Source: Kofleriaceae bacterium (GTDB lineage: Bacteria; Myxococcota_A; Polyangia; Haliangiales; Haliangiaceae). Taken from it: a stretch of DNA of 64,000 bases. This document shows positions 47,674 through 59,629 of the stretch, piece by piece (position 1 is the first letter of the stretch; every line of letters begins with the position of its first letter). Both the position numbers and the translations under genes were made by a program. The DNA lies in the NCBI GenBank assembly GCA_964203225.1, contig CAXNMK010000002.1, positions 417,664-481,663 on the forward strand, given 5' to 3'. The notes beneath the pieces were generated by a model, which did no database searches, had not been told where the DNA came from, and was given only the letters and a program-made list of their open reading frames with translations.

Positions 47674-48681
47674 GTGCGGTCACCCGCGTTGCTCACCACG
47701 GCCCTGATGGCGCTGGCCGCGGCCGCCGGCTGTGACCGCGGGCCTCCGCGCGATGCCACGCCCCCGGCCCCGCTGCCCGGCCTGGCGCCCACCGCGCCGT
47801 CCGCCCCGGTGGCGCCACCGTGTGTCCTGTCCGACGTGCCGGTCCGCTACCCCGCACCGGCGCGGCTGGTCGCGATCGGTGACCTCCACGGCGACCTCGC
47901 GGCCACCCGCGCGGCGCTGGTACTCGCGGGCGCGATCGACGCCACCGATCGCTGGATCGGCGGCCCGCTGGTGGTGGTCCAGACCGGCGACATCCTCGAC
48001 CGCGGCGACGACGAGCAGGCGATCCTCGACTTCCTGGCCGCCCTCGCGCCGCAGGCCCGTGCCGCCGGTGGGGCGCTGATCCTGCTCAACGGGAACCACG
48101 AGCTGATGAACGCCGCGGGCGACTTCCGCTACGTGACGCCGGGCGGGTTCACGGACTTCGACGACGTCCGCGGCCTCGACCTCGCGCCGTGGAAGGCCGC
48201 CCCCGAGCGCGTGCGCGCCCGGATCGCAGCCTTCGCGCCCGGCGGCGTCTACGCGAAGCGGCTCGGCCAGCACAACGTGATCGCGATCGTCGGCGACACC
48301 GTGTTCTCCCACGCGGGCGTGCTCGGCCCGTGGGTCACCCAGGTCGACGAGGCCAACCGCTCCGCGCGGTGCTGGCTCGACGGCCAGGCCGGAGACCTGC
48401 GCGCCGCCCCGGCGGTGATGACCGACCAGGACGGGCCGGTGTGGACGCGCGCGCTCGGGGGCGATCCGGCCGACTGCACGGCCGCCGCCCATGCCCTGCA
48501 GAAGCTCGGCGCCGCGCGCCTGGTGGTCGGCCACACCGTGCAGCCGCGCGGCGTGACGTCTGCCTGCGAAGACACCGTGTGGCGCATCGACGTCGGCCTG
48601 GCGCGCCACTACGGCGGTCCACTCGAGGTGCTCGAGCTGGTGCCGGGCGCGCCGCCGAAGGTCCTGCGCGGCGCGCGCTGA
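47674..48681 (+). CDS. Calcineurin-like metallophosphoesterase lipoprotein.
   Basis: A lipobox (LAAAAGCD) is followed by the phosphoesterase motifs GDLHGD, GDILDRG, GNHE and GHT. Confidence 0.8.
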   Translation: MRSPALLTTALMALAAAAGCDRGPPRDATPPAPLPGLAPTAPSAPVAPPCVLSDVPVRYPAPARLVAIGDLHGDLAATRAALVLAGAIDATDRWIGGPLVVVQTGDILDRGDDEQAILDFLAALAPQARAAGGALILLNGNHELMNAAGDFRYVTPGGFTDFDDVRGLDLAPWKAAPERVRARIAAFAPGGVYAKRLGQHNVIAIVGDTVFSHAGVLGPWVTQVDEANRSARCWLDGQAGDLRAAPAVMTDQDGPVWTRALGGDPADCTAAAHALQKLGAARLVVGHTVQPRGVTSACEDTVWRIDVGLARHYGGPLEVLELVPGAPPKVLRGAR

Positions 48682-48708
48682 GCGGTGCGCCCCCTCGGGC
48701 GGGCAGCG

Positions 48709-51255
<2,547 letters not shown>

Positions 51256-51350
51256 TGTAGGCACGGTGACCGGACCATCGGAAGCGCACCGGCGCCCGAA
51301 CTCGCCTTTGTCTCGCAGGGTTAGACGCGCCAGCCGATCACCTGCGGGCG

Positions 51351-52151
51351 CTACTGCGGGAGCGTCATCGTGAACGTCCACACCACCACCGAGGCCACCG
51401 GTCGATCGCTGGTGTCGCGCGCCGGCTCGAACTCGATCTGGCGCGCCCTCCGGAGGGCGAGCTCGTCGAGGCCGTGCCCGAGCTTGTTGAGGAGCACGGC
51501 CGAGGTCACGCGCCCGGTGGCGTCGACCACCAGCCGGACCCGGAGCGGCCCCTCGATGCCGAGCTGGCGGGCCTCGGCAGGGTAGTCCTTGCCGGCGCCG
51601 AAGTAGCCGTGGTCGCCCTTGGGGAGGGCGCGCTGCTTGATGGTGGCGACCGAGACCGGGGCGGCGATCTCGGGGCCGGTGCCCGAGCCCACGCCGGCGC
51701 CCGTGCCTCCGCCATCGCCGCCGCGCCCGATCCGGCCGGGGGGGCGCGGCCCGACCCGGACCGCCACGCCGGTGGCGCCGGGTGGTGCGGTCGCCAGCGT
51801 GACCACCTGGTCCCCGCCGCTGGTGGCGACCGGCGCGGTGGTCGGGGGCGGATCGGCGACCGGCTGCGTGGCCGCCCGCGGCGCGACGCGTGGCTGGGTC
51901 CGCGCGACCACGGCGGGCGGTGGCGGCGTCGGCTCCGGAGGCGCGGGCTCGGGAGGCGCGGGCAGCGGCGGCGGCGGCTCGCGGACCACCGGCGGGACCT
52001 CGATCTCGAACAGCTCGATCCGCGGGGCCGGCGTCGACGCCCGCCGCGGGTTGTAGACCGTGACCGCATCCCCCACGACGATCAGCAGCACGTGGATCGA
52101 GATCGTGCCAACGATCGACAGCACGACAGGTGAGTCCCACCGCACCTTCAC
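51351..52151 (-). CDS. tonB: Energy transducer TonB.
   Basis: An N-terminal TM helix is followed by a Pro-rich (PPPPLPAPPEPAPPEP) spacer and a C-terminal TonB domain. Confidence 0.8.
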   Translation of the reverse strand: MKVRWDSPVVLSIVGTISIHVLLIVVGDAVTVYNPRRASTPAPRIELFEIEVPPVVREPPPPLPAPPEPAPPEPTPPPPAVVARTQPRVAPRAATQPVADPPPTTAPVATSGGDQVVTLATAPPGATGVAVRVGPRPPGRIGRGGDGGGTGAGVGSGTGPEIAAPVSVATIKQRALPKGDHGYFGAGKDYPAEARQLGIEGPLRVRLVVDATGRVTSAVLLNKLGHGLDELALRRARQIEFEPARDTSDRPVASVVVWTFTMTLPQ

Positions 52152-52203
52152 GCCCTCGAGCCTGGCAGACCCCGCGTCGCTCGCACCGTCATCTGGAACC
52201 GGC

Positions 52204-52620
52204 TCAGGGCCGCTCGTTCTCGAGGGCGATCGCGGTGACGCCGGCCTGCTGCACCAGATCGATCGCGCGCATCACGTTGGCGTACGGCCCGACCCTGCTT
52301 CCCGCGATGATCGCCTTGGGCTTGGTGGTGGCGGCGGCGAGCGCCTTGATCCGGGCGACCGCGCTGGCGTCGTCGACGAACAGGTCGTTGTTGACGTACA
52401 GCGCACCCTGGGCATCGACGGACACGCGCAGCGTGCTCTGGACCTCGCCGCCGGTCGACGCCTTCGGCTTGTCGATCTCCACGCCTCGCGCGACGATCAG
52501 CTTGGCGGTGACGATGAACACGACGAGGATCACGAGCACGACGTCGACGAACGGCGTCACGTTGATGTCCGTGATGCCGCCGCCCTCGTCGTCCTGGTAG
52601 AGGCTGCCGCCCGCCATCAC
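52204..52620 (-). CDS. exbD: Biopolymer transporter ExbD/TolR.
   Basis: The product is about 138 aa with a single TM helix (VTPFVDVVLVILVVFIV). The start overlaps the exbB stop (ATGA). Confidence 0.85.
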   Translation of the reverse strand: MMAGGSLYQDDEGGGITDINVTPFVDVVLVILVVFIVTAKLIVARGVEIDKPKASTGGEVQSTLRVSVDAQGALYVNNDLFVDDASAVARIKALAAATTKPKAIIAGSRVGPYANVMRAIDLVQQAGVTAIALENERP

Positions 52621-53291
52621 GCCCCCTTGGCGGTGGCGGGCGGGGCGACGGGCGTGCGCGCCGCGTGCTCGGCCCCGTGGACCAGCGACAGCACGGCGTG
52701 GGCGATCTCGTCGGCGCCGCCCATCACGATCTTGAGCTTGCGCCCGAAATAGTTGAACGCGATCACGGCGGGGATCGCGACCATCAGGCCGACGGCGGTG
52801 GCGACCAGCGCCTCGGCGATCGCGCCGAGCGTCTGGGCCTCGGCCTCGGCGGTCTTCTGCGTCAGGTTCTGGAACGCGTTGATCACGCCGAGCACGGTGC
52901 CGAACAGGCCGACGAACGGGACGTTGTTGCCGAGCGTGCCGAGGATGATCAGATTCTTGTCGGCGCCTCGGCGCCAGCGCGCGCGCTCGCCGTGCATCGC
53001 CTCGGCCACCGCCTCGGGGCCGCGGTCGCGCTCCGCGAGGCCGCGGAGACCGACCTGCACCGGCACCGCGGGGCTGTCCTTGTACTTGGTCAGCAGCCGG
53101 TCGATCTCGTCGCGGTCGAACGCGCCCTTGATCTCGCGCGCGAGCGCCTCGGTGTTGGTGTCGCGGTCCCGGAACCACAGCCACCGGTCGATCATCACGC
53201 CGATCGAGGTCACCGAGAGGCCGATCAGGAGCCACAGCACCCAGTTCGCACCGAGCTGGGCGAAGTCGACGAACGCCTGTGCAAGGTCCAT
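52617..53291 (-). CDS. exbB: MotA/TolQ/ExbB proton-channel protein.
   Basis: Three TM helices and the conserved ...LGTLGNNVPFVGLFGTVLGVINAF... region are present. Confidence 0.85.
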   Translation of the reverse strand: MDLAQAFVDFAQLGANWVLWLLIGLSVTSIGVMIDRWLWFRDRDTNTEALAREIKGAFDRDEIDRLLTKYKDSPAVPVQVGLRGLAERDRGPEAVAEAMHGERARWRRGADKNLIILGTLGNNVPFVGLFGTVLGVINAFQNLTQKTAEAEAQTLGAIAEALVATAVGLMVAIPAVIAFNYFGRKLKIVMGGADEIAHAVLSLVHGAEHAARTPVAPPATAKGA

Positions 53292-53404
53292 CGCCCGACA
53301 GTGTTACCCGGGGTGCCCGTGGGCGTCGACCCGCCAGGCCAGGCCATTCCTACAGCCGCTGACCGGGGGCAGGCCGGTTGAGGCGCGGGGCCAACGTGGA
53401 GTGG

Positions 53405-53530
53405 TGGGGCCGGCGTCGAGGCGTGGGGCCGGCGTCGAGGCGTGGGGCCGGCGTCGAGGCGTGGGGCCGGCGTCGAGGCGTGGGGCCGGCGTCGAGGCGT
53501 GGGGCCGGCGTCGAGGCGTGGGGCCGGCAT
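53405..53530. repeat. Perfect tandem repeat of about 6.5 copies of a 19-bp unit, TGGGGCCGGCGTCGAGGCG, upstream of exbB.
   Basis: Seen directly in the sequence. Confidence 0.9.
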
Positions 53531-53627
53531 GGTCGGCGAGGCAGGGCGGTCGCCCCGGATCGTGCACGTGCGCGGGACAAGGACGCGCGCGGGACAGGCA
53601 TCCGCAGGTCACAGACCCGCGCGGATC

Positions 53628-54758
53628 TCACGCCTCGTCGGGCGCCGCGTCGTCGACCGCGGGCTCGTCGGGCACCGACGTCGTCGCGGCGGCCTCGACC
53701 TTCATCACCTCGCGCATGATCACCGTGGCGTACGCGCCCGCGGGCAGCGCGAACGCGACGTCGAGCGTGGCCTCGTCGGCCGCGGTGACCTCGATCTCGC
53801 GAACCTCGATCGTCGCGTCGCGGCGGGTGCCCTCGGCGAGCTTGCGGACCTTCGCGAACGTGGCGAGGTCGAGACCGGCGGCGGCGAGCACGGCGTCCTC
53901 GCGCGCGGCGGCCGGGCTGCCGGCGGGCGGGCGCCGCATGTCCGCGCCGAACATCGGCCCGGTCACCGCGAGCTCGCCCGCGCGCAGGCGGGCCTCGTCG
54001 GTGGTCGGATCCTCGCACGTGAACATGCCGCCGCTGCGCTTGTGGAGCAGGTCGCCCGCGAGCACCCGCTGGTGGAGGCCGTCCTCGAGGCGCTGGGCCA
54101 GCCACGTGTTGAACAGCTCGGACTGCAGCGCCGACAGCATCAGCCGATCGTGGCGGCGATCGCGCCCGGGGCGGCGCGTGCCGAGCAGCAGCTCGCGGCC
54201 GCGCGCGGCGTTGTCGCCCTCGCGCCCGAACCGCTGCTCGCCGTACCAGTTCGGCGCGCCCGGCGCCTCGGCCAGCCGCGCGAGGATGGCGCGCGCCCGG
54301 TCCGCGCCATCGACGGCCACGCCGCGCACCCGCAGCCGGAACCGGTTCGCCCGCACGTGGCCGGTCCGCAGCTTGTTGCCGTGGCGCGCGACCTCGAGCA
54401 CGGTGATGCCGGGCAGGGCGAGCGCGCGGGCGGCGTCCTCGGTGATCGGCGGCGGCAGGCTCAGCCACTGGCGCGTCACCGCGTGGCGGTCCTTGAGCCC
54501 GGCGACGCCGATATCACGGTCCGGTGCGCCCACCGCCTGGGCGATCGCGGTGACCGCGGCGCGGGTGGTCAGCCCGCGCTTCTCGATCCGCACGTAGACG
54601 TGGTCGCCGGTCCCGGACGGCAGGTACGCCGGCTCCTCGTCGACGAAGAAGTCGTCGTCGTGCGTGCGCAGCACGCCGCCGATGCCAGGCAGATCCGCGG
54701 TCGCGTAGGGCAGGGTCACCGCCGGCGACCATCGCACGAGCGGACGAGCCGCTTCCAT
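53628..54758 (-). CDS. truD: tRNA pseudouridine(13) synthase TruD.
   Basis: The TruD-type N-terminus ...DFFVDEEPAYLPSGTGDHVYVRIEKRGLTT is present, and the protein ends ...GAYATVIMREV.... The start is uncertain because the ORF runs on to 54833. Confidence 0.8.
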   Translation of the reverse strand: MEAARPLVRWSPAVTLPYATADLPGIGGVLRTHDDDFFVDEEPAYLPSGTGDHVYVRIEKRGLTTRAAVTAIAQAVGAPDRDIGVAGLKDRHAVTRQWLSLPPPITEDAARALALPGITVLEVARHGNKLRTGHVRANRFRLRVRGVAVDGADRARAILARLAEAPGAPNWYGEQRFGREGDNAARGRELLLGTRRPGRDRRHDRLMLSALQSELFNTWLAQRLEDGLHQRVLAGDLLHKRSGGMFTCEDPTTDEARLRAGELAVTGPMFGADMRRPPAGSPAAAREDAVLAAAGLDLATFAKVRKLAEGTRRDATIEVREIEVTAADEATLDVAFALPAGAYATVIMREVMKVEAAATTSVPDEPAVDDAAPDEA

Positions 54759-54780
54759 CGCCGGTGCTAGGATGCGGTCC

Positions 54781-55902
54781 ATGCTTCCTCGTTGCCCTGG
54801 TCGTCTCGCGCTGTCCGCGCTCGCCGTGCTCACCGTCGGCTGTGGCGGCCGCTACGGCGGCACCCCGCGCACCGCCGCCGCCTCGGGCACCGCGAGCCCC
54901 GCGACCCCGGTGGACCTCGAGGCCGCCGCGCTGCCCTACCAGATCGTCGACGCGCGCACCGGCCGGCAGGTCGAGGCGCCCGCGTTCTGGACCGCGCTCG
55001 CCCGCGCCCGCGCCGTGTGCGTGGGCGAGGACCACACCAGCGCGCACCACCACTGGGTCCAGCTCGAGGTCGTGCGCCAGCTCGCGAAGCGCGCCGGGGG
55101 CACCCCGTTCGCGCTCGGCCTCGAGATGGTGCAGCGCCCGTTCCAGGGCCCGCTCGACGACTACGCCGCGAGCAAGATCGACGCCGCCACGCTGCGCTCG
55201 CGCACCGACTGGGCCGAGCGCTGGGGCTACGACTGGGGCTTCTACGGCCCCACGCTCGACGCCGCGGCCGGCGCGGGGGGCGCGCTGCTCGCGCTCAACG
55301 CCCCGCGCGAGCTGACCAAGAAGGTGGTCCGCGAGGGGCTCGAGGCGCTGACGCCGTCCGAGCGCGCGCAGCTCCCCCAGCTCGTCCTTGATGACGCCAC
55401 CCATCGCGCCTGGTTCGACGCCCTGATGGCCGGCATGGGTGGCGCCCACGGCCACAGCTCGGCCAAGGCGCCCGAGGCGAAGGCGCCCGAGGCGAAGGCG
55501 CCCGAGGCGAAGGCGCCCGAGGCGAAGGCCGCGGACGCCGCGGACGCCGCGGACACCGCGAACCCGCACCACGGCGTCGCGGCGATGCCGAGCGCCGAGC
55601 GCATCTACACGGTGCAGGTGATCTGGGACGAGTCGATGGCTGATGGCACCGCGACCTGGCTCGCCGCACACCCGCAGGGCAAGGCGATCATCCTCGCCGG
55701 CAACGGCCACTGCCACGAGTCCGCGATCGTGCGCCGCCTCGAGCGCCGCGGCGTCGGTGACGTGGTGTCGGTCCGCCCCGTCCTCGATATCGGCAGCGAG
55801 GTCGCCGACGTGCTCGCGAAGCCGGTCAACGACTTCGCCGTCGTGCTGCAGCTGTCGCCCGAGGCCAGGGCCGCGGCCGAGAAGGCCGCCGCCGAGGAGT
55901 AG
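54781..55902 (+). CDS. ChaN-family (haem/iron-associated) lipoprotein with an internal (KAPEA)4 repeat.
   Basis: The signal and lipobox read MLPRCPGRLALSALAVLTVGCGG. The ChaN-like region has conserved His residues and ...ILAGNGHCHES.... A 15-bp unit is repeated four times at about 55455-55515. Confidence 0.75.
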   Translation: MLPRCPGRLALSALAVLTVGCGGRYGGTPRTAAASGTASPATPVDLEAAALPYQIVDARTGRQVEAPAFWTALARARAVCVGEDHTSAHHHWVQLEVVRQLAKRAGGTPFALGLEMVQRPFQGPLDDYAASKIDAATLRSRTDWAERWGYDWGFYGPTLDAAAGAGGALLALNAPRELTKKVVREGLEALTPSERAQLPQLVLDDATHRAWFDALMAGMGGAHGHSSAKAPEAKAPEAKAPEAKAPEAKAADAADAADTANPHHGVAAMPSAERIYTVQVIWDESMADGTATWLAAHPQGKAIILAGNGHCHESAIVRRLERRGVGDVVSVRPVLDIGSEVADVLAKPVNDFAVVLQLSPEARAAAEKAAAEE

Positions 55903-55985
55903 TCACGACGGCCGGGTGGCGCGGTCGGCAGCGGTGTGCCGATTGACCACAGTCGACGAACGCATCATCCGCTATAGACTGTGGC

Positions 55986-56870
55986 GTGCGGATGGGATGG
56001 CTGGCAGCGGTCGGCTGGCTTCACGGCCGGGTCTACGCGCGCACGGCCGTCGCCAGGCTCGAGCGCGTGGCCGTCATCGGCGCCGCCGTCGCGTTCGTCA
56101 CGCACCTGGCGATCATCGTGGTCGTCAAGCAGTCGAACGGTGCGCTCGACCTCGACTGGTTCTCGACGAGCTACCTGTCTGCGCTGTACACCCCGTTCTC
56201 GTTTCTGCTGTTCTTCGAGGTGCTGATGCTCGTGCGCGCGCTGCCCGAGTCGTTCAGTCGGTCCGTCGCGATGCAGTACGAGGTGGTCGCGCTGATCGTG
56301 CTGCGGCGCATCTTCAAGGACATCGCTCACCTCGACGGCGTCGCGCATATCGAGCTCAGCAACCCCGTGGTCTGGGAGGTCGCGGCCGACATGGTCGGCT
56401 GTCTGGTCCTGTTCATCCTGGCGCGCTGGTTCGCCTCCCGCGTGCCTCGACACGGCGAGGCCGTCGAAGCGGCGCTGCGCAGGTTCGTCGCGCTCAAGCA
56501 GGTTCTGTCGCTGGTGATGGGGGTCCTCGTCGTCGCCCTCGCGGTCGTTCATCTGGCGCGCTGGGGCGTCGAGATGAAGCATCTCGCGGCGGGCTCGCAG
56601 CACGTGATGACCGATGTCGACGCGCTGTTCTACGAGGACTTCTTTGGCCTCCTGGTCCTGGTGGACGTGTTCCTGCTCCTGCTCTCGTTCGGGCTGACCC
56701 ATGACGCGGCGCTGGTGTTTCGCAACGCAGCCTTCATCGCGTCGACCGTGCTCGTGCGGCTGGCGTTCGCAGCGCCCCAGCTGCAGAGCGTGGTCATGCT
56801 GGTGTTCGCGGTCTCGTTCGGCCTGGCGGTGCAGCGCGGGGTGACCTGGTTCCGCGCGACCACCGGGTGA
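55986..56870 (+). CDS. Hypothetical integral membrane protein.
   Basis: The 294-aa product has about seven predicted TM helices. Confidence 0.5.
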   Translation: MRMGWLAAVGWLHGRVYARTAVARLERVAVIGAAVAFVTHLAIIVVVKQSNGALDLDWFSTSYLSALYTPFSFLLFFEVLMLVRALPESFSRSVAMQYEVVALIVLRRIFKDIAHLDGVAHIELSNPVVWEVAADMVGCLVLFILARWFASRVPRHGEAVEAALRRFVALKQVLSLVMGVLVVALAVVHLARWGVEMKHLAAGSQHVMTDVDALFYEDFFGLLVLVDVFLLLLSFGLTHDAALVFRNAAFIASTVLVRLAFAAPQLQSVVMLVFAVSFGLAVQRGVTWFRATTG

Positions 56871-56945
56871 CCCAGCCGCACCGGGCGGGAGCGCCTCGCC
56901 GCGCGCCAGCGCCCGGCGCATTCCAGGCCGCTGCGGGGCACGGGC

Positions 56946-57683
56946 TCAGCGGGGCAGGGCGCTGCCGGCGCGCGGGCCATCGGCGTCGGTGGCGAGCTTG
57001 AGGTAGAGCCGCGCGCTCTTGTTCCCGGGATCGACCGCGAGGACGTGCTGCCACTCCTGGATCGCGGCCTCGATCCGGCCGAGCGAGAACAGCGTCACGC
57101 CGAGGTGGATGCGCGCGGGGAGGAAGTCCGGGCGGAGCTGCTTGGCGGCCTCGAACTCGGCGACCGCCGCCTGGTGCTGGCCCTTGTCGCGGTACACGTT
57201 GCCGAGGCGGACGCGGAGGTCGGCGAAGGTCGGCGACAGGTCGAGCGCCTTGGCGTACTCGCGCACGCTCTCGTCGAACATCGCCAGGCCGGCGTAGGCG
57301 GCGCCGAGGTCGGCGTGCATGTTGGAGAGCTTGCCGCGCGCGAACCCGTCGAGCTGGCCCGGCTGCCCCACGCTCGCGGACACCGCGCGGGTGTAGACCT
57401 CGCGCGCGCGATCGAACTTGCCGCGGTCGTTGAGCGTCACGCTCAGGTGGAGCGCGGCCTCGGTGTAGCGCGGGTTGAGCTTGAGCGCGGCCTCGAACGC
57501 GTCCTCGGCCTCGGCGTGCCGGTTCTGCGAGTGGTAGATGACCCCGAGCATGTTGTAGAGGTCGGGGAACCGCGGGCGCGCGGACGCGGCCTCGGCGAGG
57601 TACGGCTCGGCGCGCTCGTACTCGCTCGCGTTGTAGTGCTCGCGCCCGAGGGAGATCAGCTTTTCGACCGGGTCAGCGCTCAT
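56946..57683 (-). CDS. Tetratricopeptide repeat protein.
   Basis: Five or more TPR units are present (...AEAEDAFEAALKLNP..., ...GQHQAAVAEFEAAKQLRPDF...). Confidence 0.75.
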   Translation of the reverse strand: MSADPVEKLISLGREHYNASEYERAEPYLAEAASARPRFPDLYNMLGVIYHSQNRHAEAEDAFEAALKLNPRYTEAALHLSVTLNDRGKFDRAREVYTRAVSASVGQPGQLDGFARGKLSNMHADLGAAYAGLAMFDESVREYAKALDLSPTFADLRVRLGNVYRDKGQHQAAVAEFEAAKQLRPDFLPARIHLGVTLFSLGRIEAAIQEWQHVLAVDPGNKSARLYLKLATDADGPRAGSALPR

Positions 57684-57722
57684 CCCGGAGACGATACGCC
57701 GGCCGGGGTCGTGACGGGTGCG

Positions 57723-58577
57723 CTACTTGGCGAGCGGGGCGCCGGCGGGAGCCGCACCGGTGCCGGGGCGGAGGCTGGCCAGGGCGCCACGGGCCTCACC
57801 GGCGCGCTCGCTGCGCGGGTGCTTCTCGAGCAGCTCCTGCCAGGTGCCGCGCGCGCGGTCGGGCATGCCGACGGACACGTAGGCCCGGCCGAGCAGCCAC
57901 AGCGCCTCGGTGTCGTAGCCGACGCCGCGGTAGCGCTCGAGCAGGCGGCGCAGCCGGATCACGGTGCCCATCGGCTTGCCGCGATCCCAGTAGTAGCGCG
58001 CCACGTACCACTCGTGGTCGGCGAGCTTCTTGCCGACCTTGACGAGGATCTCCTTGGCCTGGGGGCGGTACGGCGAGTCGGGGTACTTGTCGAGGAAGCT
58101 CTTGAGCTCGGTGACCGCGTCCTCGGTGGACGACTGGTCCTTCTCGAACGACGGCGGGAACAGCCAGAAGTCGCCGGACAGCTGCTTGAAGTACGCCTCG
58201 CCGATCCGGTACGTGGCGTAGCCGTTCGCGACCATCTCGTGGGTCGGGTGGAACTTGATGAACAGGCGGTAGCTGTCGATCGCCTCGAGGTGCTGCTCGG
58301 CGCCGAACTCGGCGTCCGCGAGCCGGATCTCGGCGAGCACCGCGAACTTGCTGTACGGGAACCGGCTCTTGATGAAGCCGAAGTACTTCGACGCGGCGAC
58401 CCAGTCCTTGCTCGCGAGCTGGGCGACGCCCTTGTCGTAGTTCTTCTGCGCCGACACCGAGTACTCGACGGCGCCGCTGCCGCTCTTGCCGCCACAGCCG
58501 GCCGCGCCGCCCACCGTGATGAGCGTCAGGATCGCGACGACGAGCAGGCAGACGCGGAGGAAGGTCTTGGGAATCAT
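57723..58577 (-). CDS. bamD: Outer membrane protein assembly factor BamD (ComL-type TPR lipoprotein).
   Basis: The lipobox reads LITVGGAAGCGG. The BamD-like region has ...YSKFAVLAEIRLADAEF... and ...YPDSPYRPQAKEIL.... Confidence 0.8.
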   Translation of the reverse strand: MIPKTFLRVCLLVVAILTLITVGGAAGCGGKSGSGAVEYSVSAQKNYDKGVAQLASKDWVAASKYFGFIKSRFPYSKFAVLAEIRLADAEFGAEQHLEAIDSYRLFIKFHPTHEMVANGYATYRIGEAYFKQLSGDFWLFPPSFEKDQSSTEDAVTELKSFLDKYPDSPYRPQAKEILVKVGKKLADHEWYVARYYWDRGKPMGTVIRLRRLLERYRGVGYDTEALWLLGRAYVSVGMPDRARGTWQELLEKHPRSERAGEARGALASLRPGTGAAPAGAPLAK

Positions 58578-58797
58578 GGGGAATCTGCGAGGACGCCAGG
58601 GGAATACACCGTAGCGCGCGGCCAGCGCAACGGCGATGGGCCGTGCGGGGGTGGGACCGCGGACGTAGCGCGCGGGTTGCCCGGGCCCGGGCGATCCCGC
58701 AGGCCGGGCAGGCGTTGGATGAGTGGGCGCCAGGCACGCCCCGGGGGCTTCACCCACGCGGTCCCGCGGGCGGTGCCGGCATGCGATAAGCGGGGGC

Positions 58798-59628
58798 ATG
58801 CTCGCCCTGGCCCGGACCCTGCTCGTCGCATCGACCCTGACCACCGGCCTCGTCGAAGGCTGCGGCGGGGCCACCCAGATCGCGATCGGCCCGACGCCCG
58901 CGCCGCGCACCACCGGCACGCTGGTCGGCCCGCTGTGCACGTACGACAGCTGCACCTGCGCCGGGGCCCCCACCGACGCGGGCGCGCCCGAGGGCGCGCG
59001 CAAGCGGTTCGAGGTCCGGCTCCGGAGCACCCAGCCGCTGTGGCTGTCGCTGCCGGGCGACACCGTCCTCTACAAGGACGCCGAGCGCACCGAGGCGTGC
59101 TTCTACGTCGACCTCGCGCCGGGCCAGCACCCGATCGCGCTGCGCGCCTCGAACCAGGACGGCGTGTCGGCAGAGATGGTGGTCCGCGAGATCGGCGCCG
59201 CGACCGGCAGCTTCTACGACACCCTGCAGTTCGCGTGCGGCAACCCCGGCGTGTGCTCGTTCGACGAGCTGGCCGGCCTCAAGGCGGAGTTCGCCGCGAT
59301 CCCCAAGGGCCTGCACGACGCGTGTGGCTCGACGAAGATCCGCGCGCTGTCGTGGGACCACGGCAAGGCCCCCGACGGCACGCACCCGAGCGAGCTGGTG
59401 GTGCGCGCCACCCTCGACCTCTACAAGTTCGCGCCGAGCAAGCCGAGCGGCGACCCCACGTGTGGGCCCGGCAGCGCGCGTCGCGGCGAGCCCGCGCCCG
59501 ACGGCGCCGACGCCGAGTCCGCGGGGGCGCCCCCGGGCGAGCTGCGCGGCGGCGCCGAGGCCGATCCCGTGCGGCCGCCGCCCGCCGATCCGAAGGCTGG
59601 CGCCGAGGCCATGCCGGCGGGTCGCTGA
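58798..59628 (+). CDS. Hypothetical lipoprotein.
   Basis: The signal reads MLALARTLLVASTLTTGLVEGCGG. The C-terminal tail is Cys-containing and Pro/Ala-rich. Confidence 0.55.
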   Translation: MLALARTLLVASTLTTGLVEGCGGATQIAIGPTPAPRTTGTLVGPLCTYDSCTCAGAPTDAGAPEGARKRFEVRLRSTQPLWLSLPGDTVLYKDAERTEACFYVDLAPGQHPIALRASNQDGVSAEMVVREIGAATGSFYDTLQFACGNPGVCSFDELAGLKAEFAAIPKGLHDACGSTKIRALSWDHGKAPDGTHPSELVVRATLDLYKFAPSKPSGDPTCGPGSARRGEPAPDGADAESAGAPPGELRGGAEADPVRPPPADPKAGAEAMPAGR

Positions 59629-59629
59629 C

